A stretch of DNA of 64,000 nt from Vezdaea acicularis (lineage: Eukaryota): assembly GCA_026025075.1 (NCBI GenBank), contig JAPEUI010000023.1, forward strand, positions 124,001-188,000. Reading direction: 5' to 3'. Positions within the stretch are counted from its first letter, which is position 1. Each line of letters starts with the position of its first letter. The notes beneath the pieces were generated by a model. The model saw only the letters and a program-made list of their open reading frames with translations. It searched no databases and was not told where the DNA came from. This document shows, in pieces, positions 35,942 through 48,575 of this stretch. The position numbers and the translations under genes are program-made.

Positions 35942-38900
35942 TCACGTCCTATACAACCGAATCACACTGACCACCTCGCGTCTACAAACGGGACAACTCC
36001 CGACCTGACGCGCACAAGCGAGACAAGCACACATATGCCCACACTCATTGAAGACAGCATTCATCTCCTCCTCATAGCAGATGGAACAAGTATCCATTTC
36101 CTCGTCGGCAACCTCATAATGCATAGTTCCGCGGCCAAAGCGCTTATCCTTCTTGAAGCCGCCAAGATAAAAGTTGCCCGTCTTCTTGAAAGAGAATTTT
36201 CCCTGGCCGTGCATGTAGCCGTCGGCCCAGTCGCCGTCGTAGACGTCGCCGTTGGCAAAGGTCATGACGCCGCGCCCGTGCCGCGCGTCCGAGGCGAACC
36301 ATCCGCTGTAGACGTCGCCGTTGACGTAGATGTGCGTCCCGGCGCCGTGGAGGCGCCCGTTGATCACAGAGCCGGTGTAGGATTCGCCGCCGAAGAAGGA
36401 GGTCGTGTAGCTGGGCCGCGCGATGCGGTCGGGGAAGTTCGCCTTGAGTGCGAGGTATTCGAGGTACTCTGCGGGCGTGGCAGCCGTGCCGCGTTCCTGC
36501 ATGCGACGCTGGCTGTGGCATGGAATCAGTCTGGGATTGTCAAGGGGGGTGTTTGGGGAAAAGGGGGGTGGGTCGGCAACGTACTCGTCTTCTGAGACTT
36601 TAGGGGCGAATATGATGATGACCCCTGCGACAAGACCTTCTTGCTGGAAGGTACGGTTCATGCTGATGGGGCGGGCTTCGCCGAGCTTGACTTCTTCCCA
36701 CAGTGAACACTCGTTGGCGACACGACCGTCACGGAAGACGAGCTTGGAGATCACGGTGGTGACGGGGCAGCTGACGCAGAGGACGCCTTTGAGCGTTTGG
36801 GTGGCCGGGTCAAATTCTTTGAAGAGGGCATGGATTATGGCGGGCTTGGGAGGTTCAACGACTGGGGCTGGTGGAGGGGGCATGGTGAAGGGTGGTGGTG
36901 CCTCTGTGCGAGCCATCTCGGGCGGTGGTGGAGGAGGCGCGGCGTCCTCTTGTGTGCCGCCCATTTCCGTGTCTCCATCCGCAGGGGGAGCAGGTGCAGC
37001 CAGCTCTAGTGGTGTAATCGCACTGTTGACGATATCGTTGACCACCGCAGTCACAACCTCTGTCGCGGAGGCTTCACTCATCACGACGTCCTCGCTGGGT
37101 GTTTCGTCTGGGGTAGCGGCCACTTGTTGCACCTGTTCTATTGGCTCCGCTGCTGGGGGTTGCTCACTTGGCTCCTCCGATTGAGGCGCCTCTGCCATCG
37201 GTTGATCCAGTTCCGGGGGCGGAGCTTGTTCAGAAGCGGGCTCTGGGACGGGCTCAGGACCGGGCTCTCTAGCAGCCTCTGCTGGTGGAACCTCGACCTT
37301 GACTTCTGGTTTCTCAGGCTTTTCGATATCTAGTTTAAGAACATGAGACCACAGTTGGATGGTGGGGTACTTGCGCCTGATCTTTGCAATAGACAAAGAA
37401 TCATATAGAAGCTTGCGAGGTCGATCATTAATCATAAGCCATAGTTGGATTTGCTCATCTTCTTTTAGACCGGGATCTCGTCGACGAAGCTCTTTGTTGA
37501 GATCACCCACGGTCGACTTGGGTCCCATCTCTAGGCTGAGGACAGAATCAGCCGCCGGAAGATTGCCAACGTCAAGCACCCCAGCTCCTGTATAGCTGCA
37601 GAATTCTGAAGCTCTAACGACCTTCACCGGGATGGGTTGGTCGCGATCTGTTGGCGTTGAGTCACCAACCCCGGCTTCAGTACCTGTCTTGGGGGTCTCC
37701 GCTACTTCCATGGCATCAGGCGTCTCCTTGTGTTTGGTCGGCTCTTCTGGCGTGCCCTTCAGGACCTCTCCAATGACATCACTTCGGACATACATGACAA
37801 TGTATGCAACCTTGTCTGAGCCGGACGACTTAGACGCGGAGCCGCCTTGATTGGCTTCCATTGCCTTCTTCTTCGTCAATGCAACGACTTTTCCGTTATT
37901 CCTCTCGTCCATGTACGTGATCCATTTGGTTCCTGGCCCGCTTGGACGAAGCACAGGTTGATAATTTCCAGATCGAAGGTGGCCTTCGTGTGAGATGAAT
38001 CCATAGAGAGTATATTGGGAGTTTACCCCGGTGGCATCGTCTGCTACCCATTTGTCCAGTTCAAGAGTTTCGCTTAGATCCAATTTCCTACTAAGCTTAA
38101 CCCACTTCCTCTCGACCTCGTCGAATTTTTGACGTCTCAATTCGATCGTTAAGAATTTGGGAAGTTCTTGCTTGATAGCATACGTCTTCGGGAGAGCACT
38201 CTCAAGCGCTCCCTGTATATCCTTGAAATCTCCCTCGACCGGTACTTGACATACATCTTGAAGTTGATACCCAGGGAGACTTTGCTCCTTAGAGGAAGAA
38301 GCCGACGGGCTTTCGTGGAAGAACAAGAATTTGTTCAAGTCCAAAGTCCCCTCATTCTCACATTCATGAATTAGCTTGCGTCGGAGGATGGTCCAGAATT
38401 CCATCACGTCCATCTTATCACTAAGCTTGATCCCATACGACTCCATCGCGTCTACAAAGCCTCGAAGGGATATTGTATAGTTAGGCGGATTGTCTTTGGT
38501 GTTGAGGTTGTGGATGAGAGTTTGGAGGGCGGAGAAGATTGGTCTTCTTGGCCCGAGGGGGAATTTCTTTGCGTCGACCTGGGGAGGGTTATAGATGAAG
38601 TCCCGGAAAGGCGTAAGTAGCAGCCAGCTCGATAGGCCAGCTACGATATATCCCCGCCCAGTACCTTCGGACCCTAAACCACGAAGGCCAGTCTTTGCCA
38701 AGCTGTTCCACTCACTTTCTGAAGGATGGTCCCAGAGTGCTTTGGTCTCGTCCTTGACCGTACGAACATAAGCAGTGAACGCGAGCGTGTCGTTGCGAAG
38801 TAGTGCCTGACGCTGGCCTCTAAACCGCTTGTGAATCTCGTTATGCGGTCCGTGGAAGCGAGTCCAGCCCCAATCGGGTGCGACGGCGCAGAACAAATGA

Positions 38901-40378
38901 TGGTTTCCATGACATACACTGACTCGAGGCTCGGCTGGGTTGTACAAGACAACGCCGAACTGAGCGGCGGTACCCCAGCTGTGATCGATCTTGTTCAAAT
39001 CTGGGGAAGGTGACGGATCATCATCAGTCTCATCCGACATGTCGTCGTCATCGTCTAGAATCTCATCGTCCTCTTCACCATCATTCGCTTCGTCAGCTGG
39101 AGGTGGAGGCGGGGGTGGTGCCTGGCCTTCTGCGAGAGCGCTAATCACATTGGCGGTCAGGATTGGCGGGGCGGCGGCAGGTGCAGGTACAAAAGCTTCT
39201 GGCGCAGATGGTTGCTTGGTTGAAGGCTTCTCTTCGGGCTCGTCCCCCAGCGGGGTGCCAGGTTTATTACACTCGAGGTAGATACTAATCTGTGAGGTAT
39301 TATTGCCTTTGGGATAGTACTTGATGTTCCAATCCAAATCTCCGATTCTCACTGGAGGAGATCGCATCACACGTTCCTTATTTGGATTCTTCCATGTGCC
39401 GTGCACGCCTTTGACCACCCAGTCGATACGGCCGGTTGCTGATGGTACATATTCGGGGTCGTCGAGCTCCTTGAAGAACCGCTTCTCGTAGTACGCATGG
39501 TCAAGGGCGTTCTTCTCGTTCGATGCCTCAATCTCCTTGAGCTCCTCCTCATCAGGCGAAGAAGTGTCCTCCTTGATCTCAACCCGGTCTTCATCGTCCT
39601 CATCGTCTGAAGTCGAGTTTTCCGACGCTGGATACTGGATAGGAGCGGGCGGAGGAACGGCTGCATCAGCCAGAGGTGGTTGAGGTATTGGGTCTAATTC
39701 AGGCTGTGGCGGTTGAGGTATTGGGTCTAATTCAGGCTGTGGCATTTGAGGTATTGGGTCTAACTCAGGCGGTGGCGGTTGGGGTGTTAGGTCTAACCAA
39801 AGCTCGGACTGCGGTTGAGGTTCATCGATCGCTGGTTGTACCGCACCTGTTGGAGTATCGGGGACATGCCAAAAACTGGCACCCGTCGCCCCCGTTCCAT
39901 CCATGACTCCTGAGGGCGTCACTGGGGCCGGCTGCTCGGTCACCGGCTCTGGAGAATTTGGGGGCTCAGGATCCGGAGGGGTGGAATTTTCAAGACCATT
40001 GGTTTGATCGGGAGGTGGCTGATCGGGGGCTGTATCCATCGCCTCGCCATCCTGCTGCCGGACTTCTGGAGTCTCTTCCGCAGGCTCTGGAGCAATAGCA
40101 TGTCCATTCGGCAGGCTTTCCTCCGTCTCCATGTGTTGCTCCTGCTCTGCAGGTTGAGGTTGCAGTGCTGGCTCCGGCTCAGGTAGTGAGGCCGCCGAAG
40201 CGCTAAGATCCATTTCCACGGGCGGTGCGGGTGAGGAAGGAGCGTCCGGTGGATCTTGCGTGTGTTGTGAAAGATGGCGGGGGGAAGACATTTGAGGTTC
40301 AGGATTTATGGGTGTCGGTGGACGCGGACCGAACAGTAACGGCGGTGGCTCGATCTGTGAGCTGGTTGCGACGTCCAT
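35942..40378 (-). CDS. MATH + USP-like (degenerate) + MORN repeats + C-terminal RING protein
   Basis: WNIKYYPKGN...DWGWTRF (MATH); LPKFLTIELRRQKFD and YTLYGFISHEG (USP fold); YxGxxxxxxxHGxG repeats (MORN); CSICYEE..VFNECGHMCACLACA....CPVCR (C3HC4). In-frame intron at ~36511-36583. Confidence 0.9.
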   Translation of the reverse strand: MDVATSSQIEPPPLLFGPRPPTPINPEPQMSSPRHLSQHTQDPPDAPSSPAPPVEMDLSASAASLPEPEPALQPQPAEQEQHMETEESLPNGHAIAPEPAEETPEVRQQDGEAMDTAPDQPPPDQTNGLENSTPPDPEPPNSPEPVTEQPAPVTPSGVMDGTGATGASFWHVPDTPTGAVQPAIDEPQPQSELWLDLTPQPPPPELDPIPQMPQPELDPIPQPPQPELDPIPQPPLADAAVPPPAPIQYPASENSTSDDEDDEDRVEIKEDTSSPDEEELKEIEASNEKNALDHAYYEKRFFKELDDPEYVPSATGRIDWVVKGVHGTWKNPNKERVMRSPPVRIGDLDWNIKYYPKGNNTSQISIYLECNKPGTPLGDEPEEKPSTKQPSAPEAFVPAPAAAPPILTANVISALAEGQAPPPPPPPADEANDGEEDDEILDDDDDMSDETDDDPSPSPDLNKIDHSWGTAAQFGVVLYNPAEPRVSVCHGNHHLFCAVAPDWGWTRFHGPHNEIHKRFRGQRQALLRNDTLAFTAYVRTVKDETKALWDHPSESEWNSLAKTGLRGLGSEGTGRGYIVAGLSSWLLLTPFRDFIYNPPQVDAKKFPLGPRRPIFSALQTLIHNLNTKDNPPNYTISLRGFVDAMESYGIKLSDKMDVMEFWTILRRKLIHECENEGTLDLNKFLFFHESPSASSSKEQSLPGYQLQDVCQVPVEGDFKDIQGALESALPKTYAIKQELPKFLTIELRRQKFDEVERKWVKLSRKLDLSETLELDKWVADDATGVNSQYTLYGFISHEGHLRSGNYQPVLRPSGPGTKWITYMDERNNGKVVALTKKKAMEANQGGSASKSSGSDKVAYIVMYVRSDVIGEVLKGTPEEPTKHKETPDAMEVAETPKTGTEAGVGDSTPTDRDQPIPVKVVRASEFCSYTGAGVLDVGNLPAADSVLSLEMGPKSTVGDLNKELRRRDPGLKEDEQIQLWLMINDRPRKLLYDSLSIAKIRRKYPTIQLWSHVLKLDIEKPEKPEVKVEVPPAEAAREPGPEPVPEPASEQAPPPELDQPMAEAPQSEEPSEQPPAAEPIEQVQQVAATPDETPSEDVVMSEASATEVVTAVVNDIVNSAITPLELAAPAPPADGDTEMGGTQEDAAPPPPPPEMARTEAPPPFTMPPPPAPVVEPPKPAIIHALFKEFDPATQTLKGVLCVSCPVTTVISKLVFRDGRVANECSLWEEVKLGEARPISMNRTFQQEGLVAGVIIIFAPKVSEDEYVADPPPFSPNTPLDNPRLIPCHSQRRMQERGTAATPAEYLEYLALKANFPDRIARPSYTTSFFGGESYTGSVINGRLHGAGTHIYVNGDVYSGWFASDARHGRGVMTFANGDVYDGDWADGYMHGQGKFSFKKTGNFYLGGFKKDKRFGRGTMHYEVADEEMDTCSICYEEEMNAVFNECGHMCACLACARQVGSCPVCRREVVSVIRLYRT
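39678..39797. repeat. 33-bp coding tandem repeat x ~3.5 (PQPELDPIPQP)
   Basis: GGTTGAGGTATTGGGTCTAATTCAGGCTGTGGC repeated in tandem. Confidence 0.9.
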
Positions 40379-41394
40379 CTCAACGGGACGCGGGGACAGT
40401 GAATACGATTGTCCGATGGCAAATTCGAAAGTGAAGATTCGGAATGATGAGTAAAAGGGCGAACGGGGGAAAAGAAAGCGGATGCTGTTTGATCCAGGCG
40501 GTGAGACGGCAGCACGGTTTTATGCAGTGGCTGTCAGGTACAAGCTTGCCTATCGCCGAGAGCTAGCCGATTATGAATATCAAAAGTGCACCGAGCTCGG
40601 AGGCGAGAGGGCGGTGGTCTGGCTCCGCGGTGCATGAACTGAAGTGGAAGTCAACGCCCGCGATGCAGGAATGCAGCAAACGTGATGTTGATGAGATATC
40701 AATGAGGTTGATTGGGGTGGGAAGGATGGAGAGGGAGGAGGAGGAGGAGGAGGAGGAAAGAAGTGGAGCTGGTGAGAGAGCGCAGGCGTCGAGAGGTGAT
40801 TCAGGCTTCCGTTTATCCCCTTCGCGCGGTGACTAGGACGCCGCAGAGCTACAAGGCTGCCGCAGCCGCAGATCGATGCAGCCTACGGTAGAGGACGAAA
40901 GGGCCCGCTTGGACGACGCAGCTTACGCACAGACAAAGGAGCGCTCGACTACGGGTGCATTGACGTCCGTGACCAGGACCAGCGTGTTTGTTCGAAACAT
41001 CGCACTTTGCACAAATTATCTACAGATGGTTTCTTGGGGGGCAGTCAAGAACAGCGGTGGAAGGCGGTGGGCGTCTCCATACATCGGGAGGCTTCGCATG
41101 CTGGCCAGACCCTTTCGTCGTTGGCGCTTTAGCTACGGCGGCCGAGTGCCTTCGCCCCATTCTTCGGTGGCTCCGACTGGCTCCATCCACAGCCGCGACC
41201 GCGACCGCCGACCCCCCATCAGCGTCGCGCGACGAGGGACGAACCCTGACCGACGCCCTGACCATTCATCCCCCCCGTCCAGAGCCCCCCAACCGAATAC
41301 TGCCGCAATGAGGCTCAGTTCCGGCTGGGGAGAGCCCCAGGCAGCAGCTGCGGAAGATGTAGGAAGAGATAGTACTGTGATGGCAATGGCAGCA

Positions 41395-41832
41395 TCAGCA
41401 AGAAGGGTCTTTCTCCGTCATAGCAGTCACGCGAAACGAGTCCTGCCCTGACTCATCCGACTTGGCGTCATCGGCCCCCGCCTCGTCAGCTTCGACGGGT
41501 ATCGCATCTCCTCCAGCGCCGTGGCAGTTGTTGTCGTCGTCGTCGTCGTACTTGTGGACGACAGGCGTTCCATCTGTCAACCGGCGATTGGCAGGCTGCG
41601 CTCCTTCTCCCCGTCGACTCCCACGCGTTGGGGATGCACGAAATGGTTGCAGGAGGGCCGCCGTGGCTCGGTGGGGAGGCAAAAGGTGGGGGGACCAGTG
41701 AGGAGGGATAGGTCGATTGGCCTGCAATAGCGACGAGACGACATCCCAGGCCAATTCATACGTCGGATCAGTGGTCACGGGACGAGCGAGCGGAAGGGGA
41801 AAAAGTCCCTCGCTGTCCACTTTGTATGACAT
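41395..41832 (-). CDS. Possible small hypothetical protein
   Basis: 145-codon ATG-started ORF with an acidic patch. No recognised domain. Confidence 0.25.
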   Translation of the reverse strand: MSYKVDSEGLFPLPLARPVTTDPTYELAWDVVSSLLQANRPIPPHWSPHLLPPHRATAALLQPFRASPTRGSRRGEGAQPANRRLTDGTPVVHKYDDDDDNNCHGAGGDAIPVEADEAGADDAKSDESGQDSFRVTAMTEKDPSC

Positions 41833-42027
41833 TGACTATTCTCCCAATGCAGCGTCGAATTCTTCCACTGCTGCGTTTCTCCGAACTTCGCTAAAAAAAT
41901 ACATGAAGACGCCATCCCGACCCTCCGTCCGAATCGCTACAATAGATGCATCGTGACTACGCTCTCGTAAAGGTATCAGAATGAAACAAGCAGATATGCC
42001 TCCCACCACTTTCCGGCCATGACTCTA

Positions 42028-45000
42028 TCAACGCTCGTAGCCCCTTGCTGGATCGTAGCCAGGTCGCGGTGGGTATTGTTGTTGTTGTTGCTGCTGCTGC
42101 TGTTGCTGATGGTGCTGTTGCTGTTGTTGGATTTGCTGTTCGTACAAGATCCGTGCATCGGCGGCTCCGTGAGGCCCTTGCGCCGTAGGTAGTGCCCCGC
42201 GTATGTGAGGCTGGCTTCCGTGGTGCTGGTGATGGTATTGGTGATGCAGTGACGGGTGCCTTTCGTGGCCGGAGACGCCACCTGGAGGTGGCCCTTGTGA
42301 AGGCGGCAATGGCGGCCGAGAGCCGTCTTGTAAAACACCCTCCATTCCTCCTCCGGGCCGCTCGGAGAAGGACGGTCGCTGTGTGTGGCCATACGGAGGC
42401 GGTGGGGGAGGGGACGCGTTCTGGCCAGCCCGATATCCTGGCGGCGGTTGGGAGTACATAGGTTGAGATGGTGGATCGCTAAGTTGCTGCGGATGCCGTT
42501 GGTAAGGGGGTGGATGGTTTGAATACCAGTGGGAGTGAGGAGCAGGCGGAGCCGGGCTGACGACGGGCGACCCACTTCGGTGAAGTTCAGGTAAAGTTCG
42601 AGGTGGCTGACTCGCAGACATATATGGCGGACGATAGCCTTGAGATGAAGGGATATATCGCTGGTCTGATCGGGGATCGCGGCTTGGATTGTGCTGCTGT
42701 AGAGATTGCGGGTTTGGCGGCACCGAATACCTTGGCGAACGCGGTGGAGGTGTTGGCGCTAAAGCGACTTGCTCGGCCAAACGTCTCCGAGGTATAGGCT
42801 CCTCCGAGTCATTGTTCAAGAGAGCGGCAATGCTCGAGGTCTTCTTGATCGTCTCAGCTGGCCGTGAAGGGGGTACCGAGGGAGGCGTAGAGATCGATAC
42901 CGGCCTCGTCGGCTCGCTCGAGAAAGTGGTGGACGTAGGTCTTTGCCCAGCTTGATGAGGTACTCCGGGCATGCCATACACCGGCTGAGTCTGTGGCTCA
43001 ATCAGGGTTTTCAAACCAGACTGGTGTTGAGTATGATGGTTTATTTGCGAATTTGATGCAGAAGACTTTGTCTCTAGGGTTGCAGGTTCATGCTGAGTTG
43101 ACCTTGATGGTGTTGGGCCAGTTTGAGGGGAGACATGCTGTTGATAGGCTCTTAGCTCTATTGGTACAGGACCCCCTCCGGTACTTAAAGCTTGGTACTT
43201 GGTATGTATCTGCTGCTGGCCGGGCTGAGGCTGGGCATACTGCGGTCGGTTCGACTGAGCAGGGTAATCACGTTGCACCTGCGCCACTAGCTGCGGAGGA
43301 GCAATTTGCTGTTGTGTTTGATGGGTCGACTGCATTGGGGTCTGTTGTTGCTGGGGCTGAGGCTGTGGTTGCGGATGTTGTTGTTGTGGTTGCGGCTGCT
43401 GTTGCTGTTGCTGAGGTGGCGGTTGCTGCGGCTGCTGTTGATGCTGCTGCTGCTGCTGCTGCTGCTGTGGGGCTGTAGCAGTTGGCACCACTTGTCGTAC
43501 ATCGGCCGTGAAATATCCTGCACGAGGAGCATGTGGATGCTGAGGGCCCCGCACTTGCTGCGGCTGAGTAATGACTGTTGGAGATATTTGGGGTTGTGAA
43601 AGCGTCTGCGGCTTGCTCTGTGGTGATCGTGCCTGTGCGAGCGGCGCGTATCTCGAAGCATGCCCATACTGGGGTGACATGGACTGAGCCTGAAGGTGCC
43701 CCCCGGATCTTGATCCGATCGATTCGCCCATTTCTGCACCTTCAACACTAGGAGCTAGTAGGCGGTTTGAGGATGTTGCCTGGGGTGTATCATATCGTCT
43801 TTTCGGGACGGCCTGTACGGCAGGCGGGGCTCCCAGATCTTCACCTCGAGCTCTGCTGTCCATTGCTCTCCTAGATATATCCTCAAACTCACGATAACCC
43901 GCCTGCACTTTTCGCGAATAATAATTCTTGATCTGGTCAAAAAGAATTAGCACATGACACTTTCTCATCTAGGACAGCTCACCATTATTGCAGATTTAGA
44001 AGTCATATGTTCAGCAAACTCTTCCCAGTTTGTGCCGTAGTAGGCTAAAAGCCTTGGAAAGTCCTGCTGTTCAGGCACAGACCAGTAGCTTGAGCTGGCC
44101 GTATCCTTATGATTGGACTGTTTGGCGATCTTGGTTACATCCTGGATTCTCGAAGCAGGGGCGGATGCAGCTCGTTCTTCTACAGCAGGTACGACTGGCT
44201 CAGAGGGAGCTTGAAGAGGTCGACTACTCGCCTGGAGATTGGTTAGCAAGGCCGCGCTCTCTCGGTCCTTGTTCCACGGAACCTCCTCTGGTCTGGGCAA
44301 TTCTTCCAACGTAGGCTCCGGTTCTGTAACTTTTTCCACTTTCTGGGGAGATGGAGTTGGTGCTGCTACTAGCGGCGGATTTCTCGCGCGCTTTTGGCTC
44401 TTTTCGCGTGTCGATGTTGTCTTGCTCCGCTTCGCAACTCGCTCTGGCGGCGCATCGGGGGTGTGATCATTGCGTACAGCTGAGAGGTTTCTTCTTCCTT
44501 GCGCAACAGCGGAAGCATCAGTCTCAACGGGCACGTCTCCGAATACCGGGGCAGCAGCGCGCTTTGGTCGTCCAGTGTCTGTAACCGGCAGAACGGGGTT
44601 CTCTTCTTCGTTATCAAACTCCCCTTGGCCACGCATGTTTGCCATCAGAGCGTTAGAGGTCTTCGCGCGACCTTGTCCAACGGTACGACGACCTTTCTTG
44701 CGCCCGCCACGTTTGCTTAGCTTCTGCTTATACCTCTCCTGGTCCTTGGTCGAATAATAATGCCGAATACATTCGGGGTAAGTGCGACCAGGAAGCTTCT
44801 CTGCGATTGCGCCGAAGCGTTTAGGGTCATACATATACGCTTTAGTGAAGATCTCTTGCTCCTCCTCAGTGAACTGCCGGAATGGAGCGTTGTATTCGAA
44901 AACGCCCGGTACATCATCTATGGGTATCAGGTTGCTAATGTCTTGAAAGATGATGGCTTTCCTCTGTATCTGATTTAGCATAGGAGGTATGATCGCCTCC

Positions 45001-47582
45001 TTAGCCAGATCAAGCTTTTCCTGATTCGCCTGCTCCTTTTTCCTTTGCTGTTCTATTGCGTCTAATTCCGACTCTCTCAAAGCTCGTTGGAAATCGAGCT
45101 CGCTCTGAAATTTGCCACCCCGACGGCCATCAATAGGGAGTGGGAGCGCTGCGGCTTCTGAGAGCTCTGCTCCACGGGTTGTTTCCGTTTGATCGGGTAG
45201 TGCATCTTTAGAGTGTTGGTCCAGCTTGTCGCAATTCTGCCTCCAGAGTGTGTAGGTTTTTTGGTACCACCTCATGATCTCGGATTCTTCATGAGCAAGC
45301 TTGACACGCTGCTCTACAATCCTTGCTTGTATCGCGTCTTTAAGGGACTGGTGGAGGTCGGCATTAACCTGCAAAATGTCTATCTCTGAGAAGGGTGGAG
45401 GAGGGTTGGTCAAAAAGGGGAGCCTTTCTATTGGAGGGGTGTTTATACGCGGCGGCGAAATGGCTTGCAAAGCTTGGCTGATGTCGTCCATCTCCAGATC
45501 AGCTGTCTCTTTCTCGGCGTTTTCGAAAGGTATCAATTGATCCACAGGAGGCTCCACATCCATCTCGTCTTTAACGCTTTCAGGACCTTCTTCCCGGAGC
45601 TCATCGCCGTGCCTGCTAAGGATAACTTTGACGCACTCGATGTGCATCGCCTGTGATCTTAGATCCCGTATCTCCGCTTGAATCTTAGCGTGCAAGATCT
45701 TCAGTTTCTTGATGTGTTTGTCGTCTTCCTTTTCGAACAATTGTATGTTATCGGCAGGATCATCATCATCCATTTCCTCATCCACATCCATATCATACGA
45801 GCTGGAGTTTAGAGTGTTAGCTGAGAGCATACTACGAGAGTCGTGGCTGCGTCCAATATGGCTACCATCCATCTCGATGTCTTTAGTGGCGGAAGGTCTC
45901 GCAGCGTTTATGTCGACGGTCGCAAGCGGCTTCTGTTCATCTTCCCGGAGGCCTCTGGATGATTCAGTCAACTGCTTTCGCGCCGAATCAAAATCTTTCA
46001 CCGGGGGTTCCAAAGAATGCCCTAAATCGCTATTTCCCCGACCTGCACTTATAGCTCGTGAGTTTTCATCTCCATGTGAATATGGTTTGCCCATGGAGTG
46101 AGCATTGCCACGCCCGGTAAGGTAAGTAGATCCACCTCGAAGCCACGAATTTGATTTGCCCCTCCCTGCCCGATCCAGGCGCGGGCCCGTGGGTATACTA
46201 ACCCCAGCGAGCGTCGGAGAAGTCTTGAAAGCCGCCGGACGAATTGGTGTTGCCTGAGAAGGCTGACTTGGTGTTACTGCAAATCTAGCAGCATCTTCAG
46301 GTCGAGAGGTGCCATGCCCAGACGAGCTAGGCCGAGACGGAGTAGTACTAGGCCCCAAGGGAAGTGCTCGAGGCCTGCTTGGGGGGGACACTTCGGAAGT
46401 ATGCGGTATGTGCTGTGTAGTAGAAGTCGCCTGTGGTCTCCCAAGCATTGATATAGCCGGCCGGTGCGTAGAATCGCCATCTCTGGGGTCTCTGCTAGTA
46501 AAGGTTGTAGCACGATCTGCTTTCGGACCGGTTGGAGGTTGATGAGGAGTAAGGGCTTTTGGTCCGCTAGGAACAGCTTTAGGACCTTGGGGAGCGCTGA
46601 GTGGTACTTGGCTTGAAGGGTTCGGTGAAGGCGCTTTCCATACATTGGAGGTTGGAGTTGATATAATGGTTGGGCGACTGGAAACTGAACCAAACGCTGG
46701 TACCTGAGGGGCTTGGGGTGGTGATGCTGCTCGGAGAACTTGACGATCTCTGGATGCTTCGGACCGAAGAGGTGGGACGGTATCAGGTCGTTCATTACGA
46801 GAGTCTCGCGCCACCGATGAGAGAGATATGCTGGAAGGGCGTCGGCCAGAACTGGGATCGCGGGTCAAGTCAACGGAAGGGCGACTATCTGCACTACCAG
46901 GATGCGGCGCAGTAGACTGTGGTCTTGGGGTTGTAGGTGTCAGACTGGATTGTGGATCCATGCGACGTTTGTATCTCTCAGCCGCTTGCTCTCTCTCTTC
47001 TCGTCCTGACCGTCTGATGTCGAAGTCTCGGTCTCGGTCCCACTCCCACCGACGATCCCGAGAACGGCTCCTGGGTGCGAAACCCACGCGATCATCACCA
47101 TAGCCCCCTCGACCTCTCCCACGATAGTCTGCTTCTCCGCGACCGCGGCCTCTTCCATAACCGCCTCGTCCAGTGAACGCTTGCGCTGTATTTCCTATGG
47201 GCTCGGAGGATATTGAGTTAGCTGACAATGGTCCATCTCGCGAGTTTCGCCGAGAACGATCGACCTCTGCTTCTCTTGAGTATTCTCTAGACTCTCGAAC
47301 TGGTGATCTTCGTGATGGTGGAGGCGAGCGGCGCCGGTCCCTGTCAAACTCCCTTTCCCTAGGACCCCAATCCCTATCGCGTTCTCGTCCAAATGCAGGG
47401 CTATCTCTCTCATCCCGGCCATCTCTAAAGTCGCGATCACGGTAATCATCTCTCCCTGCAAAGCCACTTCGGTCTCGTGGCCCTGCAGGAAGGGGATTGC
47501 CCCCTCCTGGTGGAGGTCCTCGTGGTGGATCGACTAGCGCCTTTGGGCCCCGAGGAGGCTCTCGGCCTTGAGGATCGCGCAT
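42028..47582 (-). CDS. SNT1: Snt1/NCoR-like double-SANT subunit of the Set3/HDAC complex
   Basis: EAIIPPML; SANT1 FTEEEQEIF..AYM..PKRFGAIAEKLPGRTYPECIRHYY..K; SANT2 SSYWSVPEQQDF..LLAYYGTNW...A..M.SKS.IM|IKNYY (intron 43981-43933). RD-rich N-terminus and Gln-rich C-terminus. Confidence 0.88.
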
Positions 47583-48575
47583 ATTATGTCTGCATGTGAA
47601 ATGGAGAAATTGAGACAAGTCAGTAACAAGTGATGGAAACGCGTCATCCGAATTCTCTACTAAGATACGTGTGTAACGCTCTGAGGATGGATTTCGGACA
47701 CGTAGAATTACCGCTTTCGAATCTTCAGATGAGTACGCGGATCGGCTCAAGGTTGCGCTAGGAAGAGCGCTAACCTTCTCTCAGGCACAGCGCCGGGTGC
47801 CAAGATCTGCTGCCCTGGTTTCGCCTGACGGTTTCAACCACGCGAGCTTTTGTGTAAGTTTCGGTGCCTTGTTTCGAAACCGCGTGGAATGAGTGCAGGA
47901 ATACCCCAACCAAAAACGACTCCCTTGACTTTTACTGGGATTTGACGACCTCCGATACCCGCCTAAGGCCCAGGAGTAGAGAGGTGAAAGGGGGGGTGGT
48001 AGTATTGCACGCTCATTGCCATCTCTAGCCTACCTAGCTAGTGTCAATTGCCCGTAGTTGTACATTCAAAGGATTCACTATGTATTTCTCCCGGTATTCA
48101 TGGCTACTTTTCGTCAGCTATGGACATGCAATCAGCTTAGATCAAACCAAAAAAGTGTGATGGAAAATTACAAACGATTCAGGACCTTGCCTCACTATCA
48201 TGATTCAATCATCGATGTAAATATACAATGGCAGTAGAAGCTTCACTTAAAGGAAATCTGAGAATACCTTCCATATATTCCGACTGCCTCAGGATACTTT
48301 CTTTCCTAATCGTCATGTTGTTGTATTGAAGGCTTTTAGAATCCGGCCTAGAGTGCATGGCTTGTTGGTGAAAACCTACCGGGGTTGAAATGCGTATTTT
48401 AGGGCGAAACAACATCACTACCTTTGAGCATGCTCTAATTGGAAAGGCGTCCATAGATTAGCTATTGTAGCAGCCTCAAAAAAATGTGCATTAGCGGAAC
48501 CAGTCTTCATCACTCAGAAATCCGCGATTACTAGGGGTTTAACCTTGGGAAAGCGCAGATTCCCTGGTGGATTAA

